A stretch of DNA of 64,000 nucleotides from Phyllobates terribilis (Eukaryota), in assembly GCF_046119375.1 (NCBI RefSeq), contig NW_027362763.1, forward strand, positions 62,558,001 to 62,622,000, given 5' to 3'. Numbering within the stretch: position 1 is the stretch's first letter; each line of letters begins with the position of its first letter. Positions 53,361 through 64,000 of the stretch are shown here, one piece after another. Both the position numbers and the translations under genes were made by a program. The notes beneath the pieces are model-generated. The model did no database searches and was not told the DNA's origin. It was given only the letters and a program-made list of their open reading frames with translations.

Positions 53361-54611
53361 ATGAATCAGAGCTTTGCTGCACAATTGCAGTCAGGTATGT
53401 TCTCTGAAATGCTGCAGAGAAAACATAGTTGAAAAGCCGGTCGGGACCATAGCTATAGACCTGACTTGTCCGGTGTGATCTCTGGCCAGCTTCTCTCTGC
53501 GCTGCTCCATTTGATTGACAGGTCTTTCCCTATGTACACGAATAGGAGAGACCTGTCCATCAACTGGAGCAGGGCAGAGGGAAGATGATCAGGGATGTCA
53601 TTGGACTAGTCAAGTCTCTCCTTCAACTATGTTTAATCATACCTGGCTGCAATCGCACAACCAAACTCTGATTTATACCGCCCATTATTCAGGCAGCATG
53701 AATCTAGTGGCAGGTTCACTTTAATGTAATATATTACAAAATTTCATATCTTTCCCGCATATGAACTTTTTTTACTGCAACTTCTCACAATACATATTTT
53801 GTGCATTTTCTGATGTTATCAAAACTCTTAAAGGGGTGCAATTTGCATCATGACCACTGGGTGGCCACATACGGACACGTACAGCATAAACATCTCCAGA
53901 CAGAGTATCATGAATATTAATAAAAAAAAAATGGTCATCAGTTGAGCCAAGAACAAGTCTAAAAAAATACACATCTATATAAGCCAAAACCAGGAGAAAA
54001 GAGAAATTCTATAATGCTGTGGTTACTGGCATGAACTACCATACTCAATGTAGGTGTACAAAGTGTCGAAAGCACAATAAGTTTGATTCCTGCCAGTCAG
54101 ATGATAAGGGTTAAATAGAGGACAGTATAAAGCAAGCAGTGATTGTAACACAACATGACCGCTCGGCCACACACAGCTTACTCAGTGTGAGGAGAAAACC
54201 CACAAATGAGCTTCTATTTTAAAACTTTCTCTTGCAAACTTCACTCCTGAAAATGTTCAGGAATTGGAAGGACGCACAAGGACAAATGAAATGAAAGGGC
54301 TGATTGTGTAACCCCTGAGCTGCCAGTGGGGACTGAAGCATTTCATTCAGGACTGCGGCCGAGCGCTCACACGACAGGGAACATAGAATCTGCAACTAAA
54401 CGTACAATTTATGGAAAGCGCTGGAATTTATAGAAAACTGTCCCATAGTAACAACACGGAAAGAATGTTACAAAGTTTACACAAGAGTATCTACGGCTAC
54501 AGCGCGAAACGACTACATATAAGATGCAGTCATGTTCTGTCTGCTTTCTTTTCCTTATTGACGGCACTATTGTTTAGGGTGGGTCCAAATATTGGAGTTT
54601 TCCAGCATAAA

Positions 54612-57600
54612 TCCTCTGCAGATTTCACTGCAAATCCATGGTGAATGTGCAGCAAATCCATGGTGAATGTGCCTCAAATCAATGGTGAATGCTCAGCAAA
54701 TCCATGGTGAATGCGCAGCAAATCCATGGTGAATGCGCAGCAAATCCATGGTGAATGCTCAGCAAATCCATGGTGAATGTGCAGCAAATCCATGGTGAAT
54801 GTGCCTCAAATCAATGGTGAATGCTCAGCAAATCCATGGTGAATGCTCAGCAAATCCATGGTGAATGCGCAGCAAATCCATGGTGAATGCTCAGCAAATC
54901 CATGGTGAATGCTCAGCAAATCCATGGTGAATGTGCAGCAAATCCATGGTGAATGCGCAGCAAATCCATGGTGAATGCTCAGCAAATCCATGGTGAATGT
55001 GCAGCAAATCCATGGTGAATGTGCAGCAAATCCATGGTGAATGTGCAGCAAATCCATGGTGAATGTGCCTCAAATCCATGGTGAATGTGCAGCAAATCCA
55101 TGGTGAATGTGCCTCAAATCCATGGTGAATGTGCAGCAAATCCATAGTGAATGCGCAGCAAATCCATGGTGAATGTGCCTCAAATCCATGGTGAATGCGC
55201 AGCAAATCCATGGTGAATGCGCAGCAAATCCATGGTGAATGCTCAGCAAATCCATGGTGAATGCGCAGCAAATCCATGGTGAATGTGCCTCAAATCCATG
55301 GTGAATGCGCAGCAAATCCATGGTGAATGCGCAGCAAATCCATGGTGAATGCTCAGCAAATCCATGGTGAATGTGCAGCAAATCCATGGTGAATGTGCCT
55401 CAAATCAATGGTGAATGCTCAGCAAATCCATGGTGAATGCTCAGCAAATCCATGGTGAATGCGCAGCAAATCCATGGTGAATGCTCAGCAAATCCATGGT
55501 GAATGCTCAGCAAATCCATGGTGAATGTGCAGCAAATCCATGGTGAATGCGCAGCAAATCCATGGTGAATGCTCAGCAAATCCATGGTGAATGTGCAGCA
55601 AACCCATGGTGAATGTGCAGCAAACCCATGGTGAATGTGCAGCAAATCCATGGTGAATGTGCAGCAAATCCATGGTGAATGTGCCTCAAATCCATGGTGA
55701 ATGTGCAGCAAATCCATGGTGAATGCTCAGCAAATCCATGGTGAATGTGCAGCAAATCCATGGTGAATGCGCAGCAAATACATGGTGAATGCGCAGCAAA
55801 TCCATGGTGAATGCGCAGCAAATACATGGTGAATGCGCAGCAAATCCATGGTGAATGCGCAGCAAATCCATGGTGAATGCGCAGCAAATACATGGTGAAT
55901 GCGCAGCAAATCCATGGTGAATGTGCAGCAAATCCATGGTGAATGTGCCTCAAATCCATGGTGAATGTGCAGCAAATCCATGGTGAATGTGCCTCAAATC
56001 CATGGTGAATGTGCAGCAAATCCATGGTGAATGTGCCTCAAATCCATGGTGAATGTGCAGCAAATCCATGGTGAATGTGCCTCAAATCCATGGTGAATGT
56101 GCAGCAAATCCATGGTGAATGCTCAGCAAATCCATGGTGAATGTGCAGCAAATCCATGGTGAATGCGCAGCAAATACATGGTGAATGCGCAGCAAATCCA
56201 TGGTGAATGCGCAGCAAATACATGGTGAATGCGCAGCAAATCCATGGTGAATGCGCAGCAAATCCATGGTGAATGCGCAGCAAATACATGGTGAATGCGC
56301 AGCAAATCCATGGTGAATGTGCAGCAAATCCATGGTGAATGTGCCTCAAATCCATGGTGAATGTGCAGCAAATCCATGGTGAATGTGCCTCAAATCCATG
56401 GTGAATGTGCAGCAAATCCATGGTGAATGTGCCTCAAATCCATGGTGAATGTGCAGCAAATCCATGGTGAATGCTCAGCAAATCCATGGTGAATGTGCAG
56501 CAAATCCATGGTGAATGTGCAGCAAATACATGGTGAATGCGCAGCAAATTCATGGTGAATGGGCAGCAAATCCATGGTGAATGGGCAGCAAACCCATGGT
56601 GAATGTGCAGCAAACCCATGGTGAATGGGCAGCAAACCCATGGTGAATGTGCAGCAAATTCATGGTGAATGTGCAGCAAATCCATGGTGAATGTGCAGCA
56701 AATCCATGGTGAATGTGCAGCAAATCCATGGTGAATATGCAGCAAATCCATGGTGAATGTGCAGCAAACCCATGGTGAATGTGCAGCAAACCCATGGTGA
56801 ATGTGCCTCAAATCCATGGTGAATGTGCAGCAAATCCATGGTGAATGTGCCTCAAATCCATGGTGAATGTGCAGCAAATCCATGGTGAATGCTCAGCAAA
56901 TCCATGGTGAATGTGCAGCAAATCCATGGTGAATGTGCAGCAAATACATGGTGAATGCGCAGCAAATCCATGGTGAATGGGCAGCAAATCCATGGTGAAT
57001 GGGCAGCAAACCCATGGTGAATGTGCAGCAAACCCATGGTGAATGGGCAGCAAACCTATGGTGAATGTGCAGCAAATCCATGGTGAATGTGCAGCAAATT
57101 CATGGTGAATGTGCAGCAAATCCATGGTGAATGTGCAGCAAATCCATGGTGAATGTGCAGCAAATCCATGGTGAATATGCAGCAAATCCATGGTGAATGT
57201 GCAGCAAACCCATGGTGAATGTGCCTCAAATCCATGGTGAATGTGCAGCAAACCCATGGTGAATGTGCAGCAAACCCATGGTGAATGTGCCTCAAATCCA
57301 TGGTGAATGTGCAACAAATTCATGGTGAATGTGCAGCAAATCCATGGTGAATGTGCAGCAAATCCATGGTGAATGCTCAGCAAATCCATGGTGAATGTGC
57401 AGCAAATCCATGGTGAATGTGCAGCAAACCCATGGTGAATGTGCAGCAAATCCATGGTGAATGTGCAGCAAACCCATGGTGAATGTGCAGCAAACCCATG
57501 GTGAATGTGCAGCAAACCCATGGTGAATGTGCAGCAAATCCATGGTGAATGTGCAGCAAATCCATGGTGAATGCTCAGCAAATCCATGGTGAATGTGCAG

Positions 57601-57782
57601 CAAATCCATGGTGAATGTGCAGCAAACCCATGGTGAATGTGCAGCAAATCCATGGTGAATGTGCAGCAAACCCATGGTGAATGTGCAGCAAACCCATGGT
57701 GAATGTGCAGCAAACCCATGGTGAATGTGCAGCAAACCCATGGTGAATACAGCAAATCCATGGTGAATGTGCAGCAAATCCA
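54612..57782. repeat. Satellite, 22 bp unit GCAGCAAATCCATGGTGAATGT (~3.2 kb, ~140 copies)
   Basis: Near-perfect tandem copies with variant units (GCCTC, GCTCA, GCGCA). Confidence 0.98.
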
Positions 57783-58665
57783 AGACTGACTGAAGGTGCT
57801 ACAGATGTGGGAATCCATTTTCCATGTGGAAAACATTTGAAGCATGTGGATGAGATTTATCTTTCCTAATCCAGATGCCTGATGCTGTAATCAGGCTCAG
57901 ACTGGCCCACAGGAGGACAGGAGAATCCTCCGGTAGACTCCTGTGAAGGAGTGCTAATGAGTAGTGCTATTGCACTTCTAGAGGTATAATGTAATCATTC
58001 ATTAAACAAGATAGCCAAATTAATCTTACATAGAAACAAAAGTACATTTCTGTAGTAAGGTCGGGTTATTTTTGCATGTAACTGAACAGTGGGCTCCAAG
58101 AATGTTACTGGAGGGCCTTTGCCTACCCAGTCTGACACTGGTAATCTACTGCTGATTTTACCTCCACAATTATAGAACAGGGCACTAATTCCATCGCAAG
58201 GACACCAGTGACATCGGAGCAAGGTAAAATTCAATAAAGAGGTTCAATACAATAGATATAAACACAGATAAAATACAGCTTTAGCGCCAGGAGTTTCCCT
58301 TAAAGAGCCACAATTATTATGTTTGCCCCAGGATGAAGCCAACAGGCGAAACCCCTGGATTGGGTAGACGCTGGCGTGCCGCTGTGTGTTTTGGGATTTT
58401 TTTTTTACTACACTCACAATAATGAAAGTATGTCAAACACACGGCACATCAGCTTCTACCTGATACTGGGTTTCGCTTGTCGGCTTCTTCATGGGAAAAG
58501 AAAAAAATAAATAATTGAAGGCTAATTGGGCAGCTAAGGGAAACTTGTCTGCAATATTGATGTTGATTGCTAGCAGAACTGCTGGTCTTGACAAGACTGA
58601 TAGCAACATCATTGGATGAAATATACCAACACTGGAAGTGTGACAAAGAGAGAGGACGCAGGATT

Positions 58666-58825
58666 AGGCCTCATTCACAAGTTCAGTATTTGGTCAGTAT
58701 TTTACTTCATTATTTTTTTTAACCCAAACCAAGAGTGGGTGAAAAATGCAGAAGTGGTGACGTGTTTCTACTTCTGTTTCAGATGTAAAATACTGACGAA
58801 AATACTGAACGTGTGAACATGGCCT
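58666..58825. mobile_element. Short hairpin MITE (GGCCTCATTCACA...TGTGAACATGGCC)
   Basis: Inverted termini and inverted CAGTATTT/AAATACTG interior. Confidence 0.6.
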
Positions 58826-59406
58826 TCTGTGTATTCTGCTCTAAAGATCGTTAACGTGGTAAAATGTTATTTTATCTGTTTTTGCTGATTTTAGGTGTTC
58901 CAACCTGTGTGAATTTTTTCTTAGGGGACATTCATATGAATATTTTTTTGGGCCATGTGAAAAATAGACCCCATATGGATCAATTTTAATCAAGGTCTTT
59001 ATCCATGGACCAACAGCCGCAGTTGATAGTCTTAGTCGTGTTTTCGATGAGACTCTGCCATTGGTCTCAATGGTGCCCAAAAAACCCAATATGTATGGTA
59101 TATGGACACCATCCATACAGCAGCCATTTTTAAAGGATGCATTGCAATTATTAACGTAGGAAAACGTATTTGTCCTTGTGTAATTTCTAAAATGTTGTTG
59201 TATAAAAACGGAAATCCATACAGATGACAATATAGATGAACCCATCAAGGCTTCATTAAGACGTCTGCATTTTACTTGTACATAAATAAAAAAATAAAAA
59301 ATACATTTTATCTGTATTCGGTCAGTTTTACTATCAGTGTTTCACTAGATTTTCTCATATATATAAAAAAAAACTCTTGAAGGCTTCGCAAACTTTTCCT
59401 ATCAAA

Positions 59407-59956
59407 GGCTATGTTCACACGAAGCATTTGTATGCTTTCTATTAAATCAGGTTTTGGTACAAAAAATGCTGAATAAACTGACACCAAAAATTTTTGGTGC
59501 GCTTTTTTCAGCATTTTTTTCACCACCCATTACTTCCAATGGATGAAAAACGCTGAAAAAAAAATGCTGAAAAAATGCTGAAAGAAGTGACATGCTCTAT
59601 TCTGCAAAAAAACATGCAAAGCACAAAATACTGATCAAACCAAAACCAAGGTGTGTGCATCAGATTTCTGGAATCTCATAGACTGTGCTGGTACTGTAAA
59701 ACACAGCAAAAAATTTGCATAAAAAAATGCAAAAAAAAAAAACGCTGAAAAAACGCAATGTGTGAACATAGCCTACATGTTTAATTACGCAGAGAAAAAT
59801 ACAGCAAACATGCTGAAATGCAGGAAAAGAAAATAAGCATGTGCATGAGATTTCTAAAATCTCATAGCCTTTGCTGGTACTGTAAAAATCAGCTTTTAAT
59901 TTGCAGAAAAAACGCAGCAAAAAAACACAGCAAAAACTCAGCGTGTGAACATAGCC
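59407..59956. mobile_element. MITE with duplicated right half (GGCTATGTTCACAC ... GTGTGAACATAGCC twice)
   Basis: One left terminus and two right termini (~59773, ~59956) with a duplicated interior. Confidence 0.6.
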
Positions 59957-60179
59957 CAACAGTTAGTGAAAAACGTACATCACTAGGATGTAACTAGGAA
60001 GTCATCAGTGCGCTGTCCGAGTTTTTCTACAGACTCATCAACTTATATTGGGAAGCTTTATCTCTGACTCAGGTCAAAAACTGACATGTCTCTGTAATTT
60101 TTGGTGGATACTTGGTCCAGAAAAAAAAGAAAGACATGTGAACATCACCATAGACAATAATGAGTATGTGTTTTATATA

Positions 60180-61790
60180 CAGTGGTGTGAAAAAGTGTTT
60201 GCCCCCTTCCTGATTTCATATTCTTTTCCATGTTTGTCACACTTAAATGTTTCAGATCACAAAACAAATGTAAATATTAGACTCGGATAACACAAGTAAC
60301 CACAAAATGCAGTTTTTAAATAAAGGTCTTTATTATTAAGGGAAAAAGAAATCCAAACCTACAGGGCCCTGTGTGAAAAAGTGATTGCCCCCCCCTTTAA
60401 AACATAAATTAACTGTGGTTTATCACAACTTTGGGAAGCTGAGTTAAATTTCCCTAGCCATACACAGGCCTGATTACTGCCACACCTGTTCTCAATAAAG
60501 AAATCACTTAAATAGGACTTGCCTGACAAAGTGAAGTAGACCAAAAGATCCTCAAAAGTTAGACATAATTCTGCGACCCAAAGAAATTCAGGAACAAATG
60601 AGAAACAAAGTAATTGAGATCTATCAGTCTGGAAAAGATTATAAAGCCATTTCTAAAGCTTTGGGACTCCAGCGAACCACAGTGAGAGCCATTATTCACA
60701 AATGATGAAAGCATGGAACAGTGGTGAACCTTCCCAGGAGTGGCTGGCCGACCAAAATTATCCCAAGAACGCAGCGACGACTCATCCAAGAGGTCAGAAA
60801 AGACCCACAACAACATCCAAACAACTGCAGCCCTCACTTGCCTCAGTTAATGTCAGTGTTCATGACTCCACCATAAGAAAGAGAAAGGGCAAAAATGGCA
60901 TTCATGGCAGAGTTCCAAGACAAAAACCACTGCTGAGCAAAAAGAACATAAAGGTTCTTCACATTTTTGACAGAAAACATCTTGATGATCTCCAAGACTT
61001 TTGGCAGAATATTCTGTGGACTGATGAGACAAAATTTGAACTTTTTGGACGATGTATGTCCCATTACATCTGGTGTAAAAGTACTAACAAGGAATTTCAG
61101 AAAAGGAACATCATACCAACAGTAAAATATGGTGGTGGTAGTGTGATAGTCTGGGTCTGTTTTGCTGCTTCAGACCGGGAAGATTTGCTGTGGTAAATGG
61201 AACCATGAATTCTGCTGTGTACCATGAAGGAGAATGTCCGGCCTTCTGTTCGTGACCTCAAGCTGAAGCGCACTTCGGTTATCCAGAAGGTCAATGATCC
61301 AAAACACACCAGCAAGTCCACCTCTGAATGGCTTAAGAAAAATAAAATGAAGACTTTGGAGTGGCCTAGTCAAAGTCCTGACCTTAATCTAATTGAGATG
61401 CTGTGGCATGACCTTAAAAAGGCAGTTCATGCTCAGAAACCCTCCAATGTGGCTGACTTACAAAAATTCTGCAAAGATGAGTGGACAAAATTCCTCCAGA
61501 GCGTTGTAAAAGACTCATTACCAGTTATCGAAAATACTTGAATGCAGTTGTTACTGCTAAGGGCCGTTATTAGGTTTAGGGGGCATCACTTTTTCACACA
61601 GGGCCCTGTAGGTTTGGATTTCTTTTTCCCTTAATAATAAAGACCTTCATTTAAAAACTGCATTTTGTGTTTACTTGTGTTATCTGAGTCTAATATTAAC
61701 ATTTGTTTTGTGATCTGAAACATTTAAGTGCGACAAACATGCAAAAGAATAAGAAGTCAGGGAGGGGGCAAACACTTTTTCACATCACTG
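60180..61790 (+). mobile_element. Full-length (1,611 bp) Tc1 element with ~210-bp IR/DR terminal repeats and a dead transposase
   Basis: TA|CAGTGGTGTGAAAAAGTGTTTGCCCC ... GGGGCAAACACTTTTTCACATCACTG|TA; WTDETKFELFG and [12 protein letters not shown] lie in different frames, with stops. Confidence 0.93.
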
Positions 61791-63039
61791 TAGAATAGAT
61801 TAATAATAAAAGCCATGATGCCAGTGTGAAAGGAAACAATCAATGATAAACATCTTAAAGCGGTTTTCCAGTAATAAACAGACGGCATTATCTATAGTGA
61901 TGTCACTTGGTTGTTGCAGTCACATAATTTCATGTCATTCATAATAAGAAGTGATAGGACGCGGCAGCGAGGGGCAGACGGGAACTGAAGTGGAACCAGA
62001 AAGTTACATAGATTAGTAAACTTATGTATGAATTAAACCTTATTTTAGGTCATAAGACAAGTTTGATTTTTTTTTTGTTACCTATTTACATAGAGCTAAA
62101 TATACTCTTAAAATACAATGCAACTATCTGGGGGACAGGTCCCATACAGACAGCGGGAAATCAAAAGATGTATCTAAAGTGAGAGTGAGAGTATATGCCT
62201 CTTTAAGGCATATACTATAGACCCACAGGGGAAAAGGAGCTATTTAAATAAATATTGGGACTTGATATTTTCATCTGGCAAAAACATAAATATAGCATAG
62301 CGAGAATATAGTAGACAGTGTAAGGAGTTTATTCTAGAGGAGGAAAACATACCTCTCCAAACCACTTCCAAATTTGTAATGAGTATTTAAATATTGATAC
62401 ATTTTGGGTGGCAATGCATCTTTTATATATTTGTACCGTCTTTTTTTTTTCATATAACCTTTTCATAGAAACCTATTTCAGAGCTGAGTTTATAAAAAGC
62501 TAAATGCTAGGAAGCGAGTCCTGTATATATATGTATCCCCAAATGCACCGCACCGCGGGAGCAGCCGACAGCAAATAAATACATTAACTCCATGTTTATA
62601 GTAACGCTTATATTCATGTATACATAGGAATTTACAGCATATACTACATTATATACAATTATATATATATATTAAATGTAAAGTGTACACTGTATATGGT
62701 AAAAACATTTTTGTACTTGCTTTTTCCTTAAATTTACTAATCAACACTAAAATATAATCCCAGTATGGACTCCCAATTTTACATTAGTTACTTTTAATAT
62801 ATAAAGGTACAATAGTCTTGAGAGAACAGGATGACTGGGTTGACATGGGCGGTGTTTTTTTGTCTTTATTTGCATTTATTTATTTTATATTTATTTTTCT
62901 TTTAATATATTTTATTTTTTATTTTTTGTATATAGATATTTCTGTTGCATAATATATAATGTGAGTCATAAAGTATGTCTAGGGGAGAAGGGTCAGTCAA
63001 ACACTATCATTGATATTTTTATTTTGCAATAATATAGGC

Positions 63040-64000
63040 TGGATTTGAGGTCTGTGTGTATCTCTCCCAGTAATATAGATGGATGTTAGATCTCTGTGTT
63101 TCTCCCTGAAGTATGGGCTGGATGTGTTCTCCCTGTAGTATAGGCTGGAGGTAACGTTTGTGTATTTATTCATAAAGTATAGGCTGGATTTGTCTCTACC
63201 TGTAGTATAGGCTGGATGCAAGTGTTTCTCCCTATGGTATAGGCTGTGTGTTTCTCCCTGTGGTATAGGCTGGATGTAAGGTCTGTGTGTTTCTCACTGT
63301 AGTATACAATAGATGTAAGATTTGTGTACTTCTCTCTAAAGTATAGGCTGGATGTGTCTTTACCTGTAGTAGAGGCTCGATGCAAGTGTTTCTCCCTGTG
63401 GTATAGGCTGGATGTAAGGTCTGTGTGTTTCTCCCTGTGGTATAGGCTGGATGTAAGGTTTGTGTGTTTGTCTCTGAAGAATAGGCTGGATATGTTTTTC
63501 CTCTAGCATGGGTTGGATAAAAGGTTTGTGTGTTTCTCCCTGAATTATAGGCTGGATGTAAGGTCTGTGTGCTTCTCCTTGTAGTATAGGCTGGATGTAA
63601 GGTCTGTGTTTTTCTACCTGTAGTATAGGCTTGATGTAAAATCTGTGTGTTTCTCCCTGTATGGTAGGCTGGATGTTTTTCTACCTGTAGTATAGGCTGG
63701 ATGTAAAGTCTGTGTGTTTCTCCCTGTATGGTAGGCTGGATGTTTTTCTACCTGTAGTATAGGCTGGATGTAAAGTCTGTGTGTTTCTCCCTGTAGTATA
63801 GGCTGGATGTAAGGTCTGTGTGTTTCTCCCTGTAGGGTAGGCTGAATGTTTTTCTACCTGTAGTATAGGCTGGATGTAAAGTCTGTGTGCTTCTCCCGGT
63901 AGTGTAGGCTGGATGTTTTTCTACCTGTAGTATAGGCTGGATGTAAGATCTGTGTGTTTCTCCCTGTAGTGTAGGCTGGATGTTTTTCTACCTGTAGTAT
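63040..64000. repeat. Tandem array of CTGTAGTATAGGCTGGATGTAAGGTCTGTGTGTTTCTCC (39 bp) and a shorter ~28-bp variant; runs off the window end
   Basis: Repeated units seen directly. Confidence 0.92.

Noticed and set aside
54612-57845. Long ORFs (up to 345 aa) and a CRISPR-like look in the 22-bp array; likewise ORFs in the arrays at 1-1.3, 5.7-6.2, 11.3-12.2, 17.3-19.5, 27-28 and 41-45 kb
   Set aside because: Stop-free frames of tandem repeats; units are contiguous with no unique spacers, there are no cas genes, and the context is eukaryotic.
58500-58645. Resemblance to the known osteoblast Runx2 enhancer (TAATTG and SMAD-like motifs)
   Set aside because: That enhancer lies upstream of P1, which is not in this window; short motif matches alone are insufficient.

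Overview
Vertebrate genomic DNA, most likely a frog (inferred from the TTAA-flanked MITEs, Tc1 families and satellite types), with five N gaps. The only host coding exon I can identify is the RUNX2 P2-type first coding exon on the minus strand (9988-10305; MRIPV start, Q10-E-A2 tract, N-terminal half of the Runt domain). Everything to its right is upstream of that exon, probably the P1-P2 intron. It is dominated by minisatellites, MITEs, Tc1/mariner elements (one with an intact 340-aa DD34E transposase, three decayed) and an RTE-clade LINE fragment. The most unusual object is a complete, very young 4,991-bp LTR retroelement (28281-33271, minus strand). It has 1,250-bp near-identical TG..CA LTRs, a GAGG target-site duplication, a tRNA-Ser primer binding site (PBS) and a polypurine tract (PPT). 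It carries no pol. Its single intact 679-aa ORF ends in a Y-box-type cold-shock domain, starts inside the LTR and reads through the PBS. A diverged relative (PPT plus 3' LTR, 39617-40689) shares its termini. Both LTR types contain an internal partial PBS copy, matching different tRNA-Ser isoacceptors. All alignments and counts were done by eye.
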